NCBI GenBank assembly: GCA_037441845.1
Contig: JBBIRK010000001.1
Location: forward strand, 1-64,000
Direction: 5' to 3'
From: Candidatus Zixiibacteriota bacterium
GTDB lineage: Bacteria > Zixibacteria > MSB-5A5 > UBA10806 > 4484-95
Length of the DNA: 64,000 nucleotides
Under the pieces are notes generated by a model. The model did not search any database. It had not been told where the DNA came from and was given only the letters and a program-made list of their open reading frames with translations. The first letter of the stretch is position 1. Each line of letters begins with the position of its first letter. Positions 19,611 through 29,363 of this stretch are shown here, in pieces. A program made the position numbers and the translations under genes.

Positions 19611-19970
19611 ATGCGGATTTTGTTGATGATTTTCGTGGTGACTTTCAATGTGATGGGACATGTGTTTTTGAAAGCGGGGATGAACCAGATCGGCGCGATC
19701 GCACCGGGAGCGTTGATATCGAATTTCACGAAAGTTTTCGGCAACTTGTCGGTTCTAATCGGGCTTTTTTGTTACGTGAGTTCGGTATCGGGATATCTGG
19801 TGCTGCTGTCGAAAACCGACATATCGGTTGCCTATCCGATAGTCACCAGCTTGGCTTACGGCGGGATAATTTTGATCTCGTTATTGATATTCCGCGAGCC
19901 GTTTTCGACGATCAAGTGGCTTGGGCTGGGGTTCATATTGTTGGGGGTCTTGCTGTTGGGGATGAAATGA
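19611..19970 (+). CDS. SMR/EamA-like 4-TM protein (ArnE/ArnF flippase-like)
   Basis: LKAGM, LSKTDISVAYP, FREPFS..KWLG..ILLGV. Confidence 0.75.
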   Translation: MRILLMIFVVTFNVMGHVFLKAGMNQIGAIAPGALISNFTKVFGNLSVLIGLFCYVSSVSGYLVLLSKTDISVAYPIVTSLAYGGIILISLLIFREPFSTIKWLGLGFILLGVLLLGMK

Positions 19971-20040
19971 TAGAGGGGCAAACCGGATAAAAGCGTCAAG
20001 AAATCAAATCCTGAGTCTTATACCGCAGGTAATGATATCT

Positions 20041-21696
20041 TTACTCATAACGCGCCGCGATCGGCATTCTTCGGCCGGCGCCGAATGCTTTGCTCGTAAT
20101 TTTTAATCCAACCGCCGCTTGGCGCCTCTTGTATTCGCTTCGATTAACCGCGCGAATCACCCAATCAACGGTTCCCGACTCATAACCTTTTTGCACGATC
20201 TCCTCGGCCGAAAGACCGTCCTCGAGATAATATTCGAGAATGGCATCCAAAATTTCGTATGGCGGCAAGCTGTCTTGATCGGTTTGATTCGGACGCAGTT
20301 CCGCCGATGGCGCCTTATCTATCGATGATTGAGGTATGATCGGGCGGTCTCGATTGATATGGCGCGCCAGTCGATAAACCATCGTTTTCGGCAAATCGGA
20401 GATCACCGCCAGGCCGCCGGACATATCACCGTATAGAGTACAATAGCCTACCGCCAGCTCGCTCTTGTTGCCGGTCGAAAGCACCAGGTGGCCGAATTTA
20501 TTGGACAGAGCCATCAGGATATTCCCCCTGATCCGCGCCTGAATGTTCTCCTCGGTGATGTCCGGAGAACGATCGGCGAAATGCTCGCGAAGAGTATCGA
20601 TATAAGATTCATGAATGCCGCTTATCGGTATCACTTTGAATTCGATTCCGAGGTTGGCGGCAAGGCTCTGCGCATCGGCCAAACTCGCCGGTGATGAGAA
20701 CGGCCCGGGCATCGCCACCCCGAGCACATTGGCGGCGCCGATGGCCCGGGCGGCCAAGACGCAGGTTACCGCCGAATCGATTCCGCCGGATAACCCGAGC
20801 ACCGCTTTTTCGAAACCGGTTTTACGCATGTAGTCTCTGATACCGAGTATAAGGGCGTCGTGCACGCTTTTCAGTTCATCTTCCGCCTCGTATGAATCCG
20901 CACCGCTCGCGCGGCTGTCGATACCGGCGATCGCCTCCTTGAACGCCTCGAATACGCATGCCGGTCTGCCCTGCCGATCGATCACCATACTCTTGCCATC
21001 GAAAATCAGTTCGTCATTTGCCCCGACCTGATTCACGAAATAGAACGGCAGATTGTATTTTTTCGAATGTTCCGAAAGCAGCTCGAATCGGATCATCTCT
21101 TTGCCGATAAAAAAGGGCGAGGCGGAAATATTAACAAGGATCGTCGCATTTTTTTCCGCCATAATTTTCACCGGGTCGATCGGATATGACCTATTGGGCC
21201 ACAACCGCGGATTGTTCCAGGCATCCTCGCAAATCGTAATTCCCAGCATTTCGCCTTTGAAAGCCACCGGTTCTATGGTTTCGGCGGTATCGAAATACCG
21301 TGACTCGTCGAAGACGTCGTAGGTGGGCAACAAGGATTTTGCCTGGACATGAACCACTTTCCCCGAGCTTATTAAAATCGCGCAATTGAGTAACCGGCGG
21401 CCGTGTGCCCTATGCGATTGCAACGGCGCGCCGATCAAAATGCCGAAATCGCCGATCGACTTCGAAAATCCGGTCAATCGATCAATAGCCTTTTCCGTGT
21501 TCCTAATAAATTCGGCTCTATCGAGCAAATCCCGCGGCGGATATCCGGTAAGGCACAGCTCAGGGAAAGCGATCAAATCGCCGGTGGAACCATGCCGCCG
21601 GCAGATATCTATAATGCGGCTCAAATTGCCTTCAATGTCGCCGATAAGGGGATTTATTTGCGCCAGTGTGATCTTCATCGCTGCATCGACCATCAA
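20041..21696 (-). CDS. nadE: Glutamine-dependent NAD+ synthetase (start may be 21678)
   Basis: Nitrilase domain FPEL/K/ICED; SGGIDS, ENIQARIR, TGNKSE, GYCTLYGD, PSAEL. Confidence 0.95.
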   Translation of the reverse strand: MMVDAAMKITLAQINPLIGDIEGNLSRIIDICRRHGSTGDLIAFPELCLTGYPPRDLLDRAEFIRNTEKAIDRLTGFSKSIGDFGILIGAPLQSHRAHGRRLLNCAILISSGKVVHVQAKSLLPTYDVFDESRYFDTAETIEPVAFKGEMLGITICEDAWNNPRLWPNRSYPIDPVKIMAEKNATILVNISASPFFIGKEMIRFELLSEHSKKYNLPFYFVNQVGANDELIFDGKSMVIDRQGRPACVFEAFKEAIAGIDSRASGADSYEAEDELKSVHDALILGIRDYMRKTGFEKAVLGLSGGIDSAVTCVLAARAIGAANVLGVAMPGPFSSPASLADAQSLAANLGIEFKVIPISGIHESYIDTLREHFADRSPDITEENIQARIRGNILMALSNKFGHLVLSTGNKSELAVGYCTLYGDMSGGLAVISDLPKTMVYRLARHINRDRPIIPQSSIDKAPSAELRPNQTDQDSLPPYEILDAILEYYLEDGLSAEEIVQKGYESGTVDWVIRAVNRSEYKRRQAAVGLKITSKAFGAGRRMPIAARYE

Positions 21697-21729
21697 TCGG
21701 GTTTACGACATCGCCGGGACCGTTTGGAT

Positions 21730-21758
21730 TTTATACGCACCTCACGGTCCTGTGTCAA
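21730..21758 (-). promoter_or_regulatory. Sigma70-type promoter for nadE
   Basis: TTGACA-17nt-TATAAA. Confidence 0.6.
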
Positions 21759-21844
21759 GCGTTTCGATTTATTTCCGTTTGCACCGGTCTTGGCAAAAGT
21801 TTATTATTCGATCGTGATTGACGGCGCCGAATCGGAAAACGTAA

Positions 21845-22732
21845 ATGGGCGGATATTCCGTGAAAAAGCCGATTAGATTCTTTTTCGTATCGGATCTGCA
21901 CGGCAAGACCAGCCGTTACCGAAAACTATTCGATAATATCCTCGCCGTGAAACCCGACGCCGTCTTTATCGGCGGCGACCTGCTGACATCAGCAATGACC
22001 GTCAGTGAAATCGAAAGCGGCTCCAAGGACAATTTAATAGGCGGCTTTTTAAGAGAGAATTTGAATAATCTAAAAAGCCGACTTGGAAACGATTACCCGA
22101 GAATATTCGTAATTCCGGGCAACGACGACGGTCGGTTGATCGAAAAAGCGTTGTTGGAGCTCGAACACGACCGGTTGATTCAATATCTGCATGCCCGCAA
22201 AACAATTTTCGACGATTTCACGATTTTCGGGTATGCCTGCGTTCCGCCTACTCCCTTTTCCCTTAAGGATTGGGAACGTTATGATGTATCCCGATTCGTG
22301 GATCCGGGCTGCGTTCCTCCTGAGGAAGGGCGATTCAGCGTACCGCCGAATTATAATGATCTGATATACGGGACTATCGAAAATGACCTGAGAAATATCG
22401 TCGGCGATCAGCTCCTGGATAAATCGATCGTCTTATTTCATTCCCCACCGTATCAGACCTGCCTCGATCGCGCCGATCTGGACGGCCGAATGATAGATCA
22501 TGTGCCGTTGGATGTTCATGTGGGTAGCATCGCAATCAAGCAATTCATCGAGCAGCGTCAGCCGCTTCTTACTTTACATGGACATATTCATGAATCGGCG
22601 AGATTGACCGGCCGCTGGCATGAAACCATAGGCAAAACGCATATAATCGGCGCGGCTCATGATGGTCCGGAACTGGCGCTGGTCATTTTCGATCCGAACG
22701 ACTTGGCCGCGGCGGAACGGCTGCTTCTGTGA
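21845..22732 (+). CDS. Calcineurin-like metallophosphoesterase (Icc-related)
   Basis: SDLHG, GGDL, PGNDD, FHSPP, HVGS, LHGHIHE. Confidence 0.88.
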   Translation: MGGYSVKKPIRFFFVSDLHGKTSRYRKLFDNILAVKPDAVFIGGDLLTSAMTVSEIESGSKDNLIGGFLRENLNNLKSRLGNDYPRIFVIPGNDDGRLIEKALLELEHDRLIQYLHARKTIFDDFTIFGYACVPPTPFSLKDWERYDVSRFVDPGCVPPEEGRFSVPPNYNDLIYGTIENDLRNIVGDQLLDKSIVLFHSPPYQTCLDRADLDGRMIDHVPLDVHVGSIAIKQFIEQRQPLLTLHGHIHESARLTGRWHETIGKTHIIGAAHDGPELALVIFDPNDLAAAERLLL

Positions 22733-22736
22733 TCCA

Positions 22737-25700
22737 TTACCTTTTCTTGATCGGCAATTCCTTGGCCGGGTCGGTCACGGCATTTATTTTGACTGCATAA
22801 CTGGTTTTATTGGCGATATCGTCATCGGTGACGAAATGCACATCAAGCAACCCGTCGACCTTGAATCCGGTTTGCAAATAATTCATCTCCGCCAGACATA
22901 AGCTCCAGCCCTCGAGCCAGCTCTTCAAGTCGGTCGCTTGCGATTGTGTACCTGCAAAATGAACCAGAAGATCGATATCGCTTTTGGCGCCGGCGGTGCC
23001 GTTTTTGGTGCTGCCGAAAACATACAGCCCCTTCACCCCGAAACGGCCGGCGTCGAGTTCCGCGGCTATCCGTTCCGCCATTCTCATCCGCCACCGCCAA
23101 TGATTGTCCGAGTGTCCCTCTTCAAGAATGGACTTGCTTTCCACTACAATCTGATCGTTTCTGGGAGCTGTCAGCATGCCCATGGCTTCATCGAGATCGG
23201 CGTTGAGCAACACTTGAAGAATCATTCCGCCGGTGGCTTTCGGGACATCGATCAACTTGACAACGTCGGCGAGGTCGGCGAATTCGGGTATCAATTCGGG
23301 CATTATATTGGGAGCCTCTTTGAAAAATTTCTCGTTGAATACGATTCCATCATCGTCCGGATATAGGGGCAAATACCTTATTCGCGCCTCGACGAGATCC
23401 TGGAAAAAATGGGTGCCGAATGAGAGGTCGGGCAAATAGCTCCCTTTCCTCCTGGCGATTTCAATAATGACCGAGGTATTGTTTATATCCGAATAGGTTA
23501 CGCTTACGCCCAGCTTGATATCGCCTCGGCTGCCCCAGCGTCCCGGTCCCATCAGAATGAATTGTCTTTTCGGCAGCAATTTGTTAAGGGCGCTGACCGC
23601 CCTGCCGACCGCCAACAGCTCGGATCTTTCCGCCAATTCACCGTACTTTTCCGGATCCACGTAAACGATATGCGTTATATCGGGAACCCGGCCGTTGGAA
23701 ACGAATTTATTCGCCGTAAATAGCACTCTTTCTCTGGCCACGTCACGGGGAATCGCCGCCGAGATGCTGTCATCGGTGTGGCTTTGCGGGCGGCATTGCA
23801 GGATATAGAAATCCTTTCCGTTATGGGCGAATTCGATATCGACCGGGGTGCCGAGTTTTTCCTCGAGCAATTTCAGCATGGAGCGGACCTGAGGGATAAA
23901 TTGGGTTCGCTGAACCAAACCGTCAAAGGTAACCACCAACTCCTGCGTACAGAAATCGATCCCCATCGGAGAAAGCGGTCGTATCGAATCGCCATCGAAC
24001 CGCGATACTATCTGGGCAATCATAGGATACTCGTTGCCGAATTCGGCCAGCAATTTCGAAATCGCAATGGTTTCGAACGAGTTGGTCTTAAGATTTATGA
24101 CGTCGATTTCGAGAGGAGAATAGCGCATTATTTCATCGGGAGAGACATTCACCCGCAGGTTCGGCTGGCCGGGTGCGATCAACACCGGATAGTCGTCGGC
24201 GACCCTGTCCACCGCTCGTGTTCCCAGACCCGGCACCATCCGAATGAGGCCGTCCTCACGCTTGATTCTGGCCGACCAGCGAAACTCGTTTTTGCTGAAT
24301 AGAACACCGGCGAACGCAGGCAGGTAATAGTGGCCTACGCGCGTGCCGACGACCTCTTGAATCATTATTCCCATCTCCTCGTGAAAATCAAGTAAACCGC
24401 GCTCGGCCCTGTATTCGATCGGATCGGGACCGAAAGTAGAAGCGTAAACTTCCGCTATCGCGTCGACCAGGGCGGCAAGTCGATCGGCTTTGTCGCCCTG
24501 ATTTGCCAAGAACAGGCTCTTATACTTGCCCGAAAAGGCGGCTCCCACGCCGTCTTCCAGAAGACTCGAGCTGCGGACGATGAGCGGGGAATCCTTGAAA
24601 TCATCGAGGGCGGCCGCCAGGCCGGTCATGATTTCCGGCGGGAAGAAGGAGTTTTTGAACGTATGCACGACGTGAGGATATTCGAGACGCACCTGATCGA
24701 TATCTTTGTATTTTTGCTCGATCATCTCGTCGAGGTGATTATAGTGCATAAAATAAAGGAGCATATCCGAGGTCAGATACCAGGTTTTGGGGACCTTGAT
24801 TTCTGAAAATGTCTCGATATCCTTGCCGTGTTTTTTCAATATCTGCGCCGCCAAATAAAGCCCGGCGCTTTTGCCGCCGAGATTGCCGTGGCTTTCCGGG
24901 GCGAAAATTATATTCTGGATCAGGTCGTAAAAGTCGTCGACTTCAAGATAGTTCTTGGCCACGTTGATATAATGCAATCTGCCCGAGAAAAAGCGCCTGA
25001 TCAATGAGACATTAACGCCCTTCTTGATAGTCGGAGGCAGATCGATACCCCGGGGTGCAGTGTGATGGTATTTTCTTATCGCGGCGGCCACCTCGGAAAG
25101 GGGAAGGTTTCGGTTGACCAGACGGACAAGAAAACTGAATTTGTCCTCCTGTATCCATTTCTGGATCAGTGAAAAAATCTCGGCGTCGCTCAGATGATCG
25201 GCGGCGATCTTGAACGTCTCATCGCTCAGAAAATCGCTGAAAGACGAGATTGCGCTTTTGCGATGAGGGCGGTTGTCATCACCGGGCTCACCCCCGCCGG
25301 ATTGAGGTTCGGGGTTGTAATATTGCAACAATTTTATTGCGGTTTCTATGCCGCTCCAGCAAAGATGGTTGAGCATTTTATGGGATATTTTCAGAAAGAG
25401 GTTGCGATCGGTCTGATGAAGCAGGTCGATGACCACCCGCCATTCTTTTTTCTGGTTGTCGGAAAGTTCCCTGCCGGCCTGTTGCCATTCTTGGTAAAGC
25501 TGTTTCATTATTTGAAATGAAACGAAGTGCGCCAGCCTATCGGCGATAGTGTTGATTAGTTTTACCTCGTCTTTCAGAAAAGGACCGACATCGGCTTCGG
25601 GCATTTCTTTCGTATAATAGACGCTGATATGTCCGAACACTTCGTCCTGCACGACCACATCAGCGGTCAATTTCCATTCCGTCTCCTTGAAATTGGGCGA

Positions 25701-25916
25701 TTCATAAACGGCCTCGTCCGCCACGATTTTAGCCACGCAAAACTCGGGGTATTGCCACCCCGGTGGGATAGCCTGAACTATGGAGCGGCATACTTCATCG
25801 AGCCTGGCATCTGGTTTGTTCAATGCTTCTTCGATACGGTAAAGGCAATTCAATTCCTTGGCCCGTTCCCGAAGGAACCAGACCAATTTGTCAGCGGCTT
25901 TTCCTTCATCGTTCAT
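22737..25916 (-). CDS. PEP/pyruvate-binding (PPDK N-terminal ATP-grasp) protein with N-terminal GAF-like and C-terminal nucleotidyltransferase domains
   Basis: LRERAKELNCLY..IPPGWQYP; LGGKSAGL, IVRSSSLLED, FSGKY, MIQE, DIEFA, ILQCRP; FGS...SDID. Confidence 0.85.
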   Translation of the reverse strand: MNDEGKAADKLVWFLRERAKELNCLYRIEEALNKPDARLDEVCRSIVQAIPPGWQYPEFCVAKIVADEAVYESPNFKETEWKLTADVVVQDEVFGHISVYYTKEMPEADVGPFLKDEVKLINTIADRLAHFVSFQIMKQLYQEWQQAGRELSDNQKKEWRVVIDLLHQTDRNLFLKISHKMLNHLCWSGIETAIKLLQYYNPEPQSGGGEPGDDNRPHRKSAISSFSDFLSDETFKIAADHLSDAEIFSLIQKWIQEDKFSFLVRLVNRNLPLSEVAAAIRKYHHTAPRGIDLPPTIKKGVNVSLIRRFFSGRLHYINVAKNYLEVDDFYDLIQNIIFAPESHGNLGGKSAGLYLAAQILKKHGKDIETFSEIKVPKTWYLTSDMLLYFMHYNHLDEMIEQKYKDIDQVRLEYPHVVHTFKNSFFPPEIMTGLAAALDDFKDSPLIVRSSSLLEDGVGAAFSGKYKSLFLANQGDKADRLAALVDAIAEVYASTFGPDPIEYRAERGLLDFHEEMGIMIQEVVGTRVGHYYLPAFAGVLFSKNEFRWSARIKREDGLIRMVPGLGTRAVDRVADDYPVLIAPGQPNLRVNVSPDEIMRYSPLEIDVINLKTNSFETIAISKLLAEFGNEYPMIAQIVSRFDGDSIRPLSPMGIDFCTQELVVTFDGLVQRTQFIPQVRSMLKLLEEKLGTPVDIEFAHNGKDFYILQCRPQSHTDDSISAAIPRDVARERVLFTANKFVSNGRVPDITHIVYVDPEKYGELAERSELLAVGRAVSALNKLLPKRQFILMGPGRWGSRGDIKLGVSVTYSDINNTSVIIEIARRKGSYLPDLSFGTHFFQDLVEARIRYLPLYPDDDGIVFNEKFFKEAPNIMPELIPEFADLADVVKLIDVPKATGGMILQVLLNADLDEAMGMLTAPRNDQIVVESKSILEEGHSDNHWRWRMRMAERIAAELDAGRFGVKGLYVFGSTKNGTAGAKSDIDLLVHFAGTQSQATDLKSWLEGWSLCLAEMNYLQTGFKVDGLLDVHFVTDDDIANKTSYAVKINAVTDPAKELPIKKR

Positions 25917-27681
25917 AATAAATCACCCCTCTCCTGTTGCGTCCGTCCAATTTCACCCGAAGCGGACTTTTCAGTCGAACGTGATGAATAAATTCGGTTT
26001 CGGCGGTGGATTTCTGTTCGGCCAACCAATCCCATTTTATAGGGTATTTTCCGTTGTGGGGAACCGAAAAGTAACCCACTTGAAAACTTATGACATTATG
26101 AAAAAAATGCGAACCCTGGCTCAATTCCACGTTCATTTCGGGAAGATTGGTTTCCACTATTACTTTGGCGCCGGAAATCTGCGCCCATTCGACCGGAATC
26201 CCGAACGGCGGATCGGTGGTGCCGAGACGGCCGTAGACTATCAGAAGATACGGCCGCTTCTCATCGACAAGCCCGCGATTGACCGATTCGAGCTGGGCGG
26301 CGATCACCCGTGAATCTCGCTCGCTGAATTGCGAACTTTTCAAGTAAACTACATCGCAAATCGTGTCGAACGAACCATTGCCGAGAATCTCCTCGGAGGC
26401 GACCAGCACATCGGCGGCTTGCAATTCTTCGGGCGCAACTTCGACCGCCGCATTGGAAACGAACATCGGGCGGACCTGCAGAAAGCCGAATTTCGCGGGC
26501 AAGCCGGTTTCCGGATTAAGACTGACGGCGAATTCCATTTCTATTTCGCGGCCCAATGTCTCCTCGCACAGCTTCAACAGCTCATGGATTATATCATTAA
26601 GAGGTATGATTCCCGAAGACAATGTCGGTGCGAAAGTGATAACCCGCGGTCCGCGCATTGCCGTGCCCGGCAACAGCCGATCGTCTTGAGGCAAGTAGGT
26701 CGAAGCCACGAATCGAAGATTCCCATCGGCCTCGGCATCCTCCAGAGAACATTTGATCATATACTCGGTTTCTTTCATCGGATCGTGCTCGGGCGGCCGA
26801 CCCATATTGACCGCCCAGAAATCGATCTGAGTGTTCTTCAGCAGATCCGCCATCGATTTATATGGAGGATATGCCTGGGGGTAGGCCGGGCTGTAGCACC
26901 AGGTCTTGCCGCCGTCGACAATAGTTTTGCCCAACCCCAATGCAAGATTTACTACGCCGTCTTTGGGCTCGGCGTGGCCGGACGGGTAGAAATTATAAGA
27001 CCGCGCCACGCCGGCGATCTGAGGATAAAAACGATCGCCGAAACGGGCGCCGACGATTTCTTGAATAATGACCGCCATTTTTTCATCCGCAATCGATTTC
27101 TTGGTCATCCGGATATAGTTTTTGGCCTCCTTGAAAAACGTCGAGGCGTAAACGAATTTTATCGCCTCGACCAGCACTCTGAACCGCGAATCGGTGTCGA
27201 ATTGATTATTGGGAATCATTTTCGTCGCATAGACGCCGGCGAACGGTTCATAGAGCGCATCCTCAAGCAGGCTCGACGAGCGGATGGCCAAAGGTGTATG
27301 CGCCTGTGCGATCAAAGCCCGCAGGTCACCGACCAATTCGGCCGGCAATTCCGCTCTCTGGAAAGCGAAAGCTATCTTGTCATCCCGTTCTTCGGAGTAG
27401 GCGATTTCATACAGGTCGTTCATTTTCATGAACTCGTCGAAAATATCGGTGGCCAGGATGGTCAGTGTCGGTATGGTTACGGTGAAATCCGGATATTTGT
27501 GGTGATTGAAATGAGCGATAAGGCTGTCTTTGATAAAAGCAAGTCCCTGGGCTTTGCCGCCGATGCCGCCGGAGCCGATATAGGTTATTATCTCCGTCGA
27601 ATCGAAAAACCTGCGATCGAACGGGGCGAACTTCTCAAGGGGCGTGCCGTCAGGTTTTCTTAACATCGTCCAAATCATCAT
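25906..27681 (-). CDS. PEP/pyruvate-binding (PPDK N-terminal ATP-grasp) protein, paralog of the downstream gene; start uncertain
   Basis: IGGKAQGL, AIRSSSLLED, FAGVY, IIQE, EMEFA, FLQVRP, SQGSHFF; overlaps the next gene by 11 bp. Confidence 0.85.
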   Translation of the reverse strand: MMIWTMLRKPDGTPLEKFAPFDRRFFDSTEIITYIGSGGIGGKAQGLAFIKDSLIAHFNHHKYPDFTVTIPTLTILATDIFDEFMKMNDLYEIAYSEERDDKIAFAFQRAELPAELVGDLRALIAQAHTPLAIRSSSLLEDALYEPFAGVYATKMIPNNQFDTDSRFRVLVEAIKFVYASTFFKEAKNYIRMTKKSIADEKMAVIIQEIVGARFGDRFYPQIAGVARSYNFYPSGHAEPKDGVVNLALGLGKTIVDGGKTWCYSPAYPQAYPPYKSMADLLKNTQIDFWAVNMGRPPEHDPMKETEYMIKCSLEDAEADGNLRFVASTYLPQDDRLLPGTAMRGPRVITFAPTLSSGIIPLNDIIHELLKLCEETLGREIEMEFAVSLNPETGLPAKFGFLQVRPMFVSNAAVEVAPEELQAADVLVASEEILGNGSFDTICDVVYLKSSQFSERDSRVIAAQLESVNRGLVDEKRPYLLIVYGRLGTTDPPFGIPVEWAQISGAKVIVETNLPEMNVELSQGSHFFHNVISFQVGYFSVPHNGKYPIKWDWLAEQKSTAETEFIHHVRLKSPLRVKLDGRNRRGVIYYER

Positions 27682-27767
27682 AGATGGGAAATGATCGCCG
27701 CCCCGCAGACGTTACCATCTACAGACGTCGGCGGCCGTAACCTTTTCCCATCAGAAAGCCATAAAAC

Positions 27768-27800
27768 AAAAGGCGCCGGACGATTTGCCCTGGCGCCCTT
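27768..27800 (-). terminator. Terminator-like hairpin after gdh
   Basis: AAGGGCGCCAGG...CCGGCGCCTTTT on the minus strand. Confidence 0.6.
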
Positions 27801-27806
27801 CAACCG

Positions 27807-29093
27807 CTACACCCAGCCGCGTTCCCGACAGGCCTGGGCCACTCTGCTGATCGCAATGACGTATGCGGCGTCCCGCATATACATCTTCTTTTTCTTGGCG
27901 AGATCACTGACGGCATTGAAAGCAGCAGTCATCTTGACATCGAGCTTGCCCAAAACTTCATCGCGTTCCCAGTAATAATTCATGTTGCTCTGGACTTGTT
28001 CGAAATAGCTGCAGGTAACACCGCCTGCATTGGCCAGAAAATCGGGCAGCATGAAAATATTGCGTTTCTGAATCACGGCATCGGCTTCGAGTGTCGTCGG
28101 CCCATTCGCTCCCTCGGCGATGAGCTTGACCCGGGGACTGATTTTATTCACATTGGCGGCTGTGATTTGATTCTCGATGGCGCATGGGAAAAGTATATCG
28201 ACATCCTGCTCGATCCACGCTTCGCCCGGCAAAACCTCATAGCCAAGCCGGGCCGCTTTTTCTTTATTGATGCCGCCAAATTTATCGGTGATGCCGAGCA
28301 ATTCTTCGAGATTGATGCCGCTTTCTTTTTTGAACGAGTAAGAGGTTTGATCGGATTGGTCCCAGCTCGAAACGCAAATGACCTTTCCGCCGATCTGTTG
28401 ATAAAGCTTGATTGCATATTGAGCCACGTTTCCGAAACCCTGAACGCTGGCTATCGTCTTGTCAGGACGAATCCCGAGTTCCTTGAGTGCTTCCCGCACC
28501 ACGTACACGACGCCGAAACCGGTCGCCTCGGTGCGTCCCAGCGATCCGCCCATTCCCACCGGCTTGCCCGTGATCAGGCCAGGACGTCGGGCGCGAAATA
28601 TAGTTTCGTATTCGTCGAGCATCCAAAGCATATGCTGGGCGTTGGTCATTACATCGGGGGCGGGCACATCGGATTCGGGACCTATATCGCGCGAAAGTTG
28701 ACGAACCCAACCACGGCAAATCTGCTCCTGTTCCCGCAGGCTGAGGTTATGCGGATCGCAAACTACTCCGCCTTTGCTTCCGCCGAGCGGGATATCAACC
28801 ACCGCACATTTCCAGGTCATCCACATCGAAAGCGCCCGGACCGTATTTACGGTTTCCTGGGGGTGAAATCTGATACCCCCCTTGCCGGGTCCGCGCGCAT
28901 CATTGTGCTGAATTCTGTATCCCCGGAAAACCCTTTTGGTGCCGTCGTCCATGGTTATCGGGATATTGAAATGGTATTCCCGCATCGGATAACGCAGCAG
29001 GTCGCGCGTAGCTGAATCCAAATCGAGCACATCGGCGACCTTATCGAACTGCGCCTGCGCCATTTCAAACGGGTTGAAAGACTTGTCGCTCAT
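27807..29093 (-). CDS. gdhA: Glu/Leu/Phe/Val dehydrogenase, probable glutamate dehydrogenase
   Basis: GPGKGGIRFHP, MTWKC, GGSKGG, DVPAPD, ATGFG, QGFGNV, EGANGP, NAGGVTCSYFE; GGGAG SD. Confidence 0.93.
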   Translation of the reverse strand: MSDKSFNPFEMAQAQFDKVADVLDLDSATRDLLRYPMREYHFNIPITMDDGTKRVFRGYRIQHNDARGPGKGGIRFHPQETVNTVRALSMWMTWKCAVVDIPLGGSKGGVVCDPHNLSLREQEQICRGWVRQLSRDIGPESDVPAPDVMTNAQHMLWMLDEYETIFRARRPGLITGKPVGMGGSLGRTEATGFGVVYVVREALKELGIRPDKTIASVQGFGNVAQYAIKLYQQIGGKVICVSSWDQSDQTSYSFKKESGINLEELLGITDKFGGINKEKAARLGYEVLPGEAWIEQDVDILFPCAIENQITAANVNKISPRVKLIAEGANGPTTLEADAVIQKRNIFMLPDFLANAGGVTCSYFEQVQSNMNYYWERDEVLGKLDVKMTAAFNAVSDLAKKKKMYMRDAAYVIAISRVAQACRERGWV

Positions 29094-29184
29094 CCTAATA
29101 CTCCCTTCAGACAAATTCCATCTTCGGGCAATCACCTCTAATTTTATTCGAGTGGCGTCATCACTATCTGCATCGGCCGACTAT

Positions 29185-29256
29185 TTAACGGTAATCCGTC
29201 GTCAGAAAGTCAATGCCACCGACTCCAGCCCAGGCAAAAATCTTTCGCCTACACAT
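29185..29256 (-). CDS. Putative leaderless upstream peptide MCRRKIFAWAGVGGIDFLTTDYR
   Basis: ATG 7 nt after the predicted -10; own translation, no homology support. Confidence 0.3.
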   Translation of the reverse strand: MCRRKIFAWAGVGGIDFLTTDYR

Positions 29257-29262
29257 TAAACG

Positions 29263-29291
29263 AAATTAATCCAAATCATTCCCAAAGTCAA
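29263..29291 (-). promoter_or_regulatory. Sigma70-type promoter for gdh
   Basis: TTGACT-17nt-TAATTT. Confidence 0.55.
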
Positions 29292-29363
29292 GTCAAGCCG
29301 CTAAATGCCGGCCCCTGAAGACCCACGATTTATCCATGTGGGGTTCGATTCGTATCCGGGCTT

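Noticed and set aside
26329..29015. Long + strand ORFs (444 and 339 aa) antisense to the PPDK-like gene and gdh
   Set aside because: Shadow ORFs from codon bias; no motifs or SD, and they lie fully inside well-supported genes.
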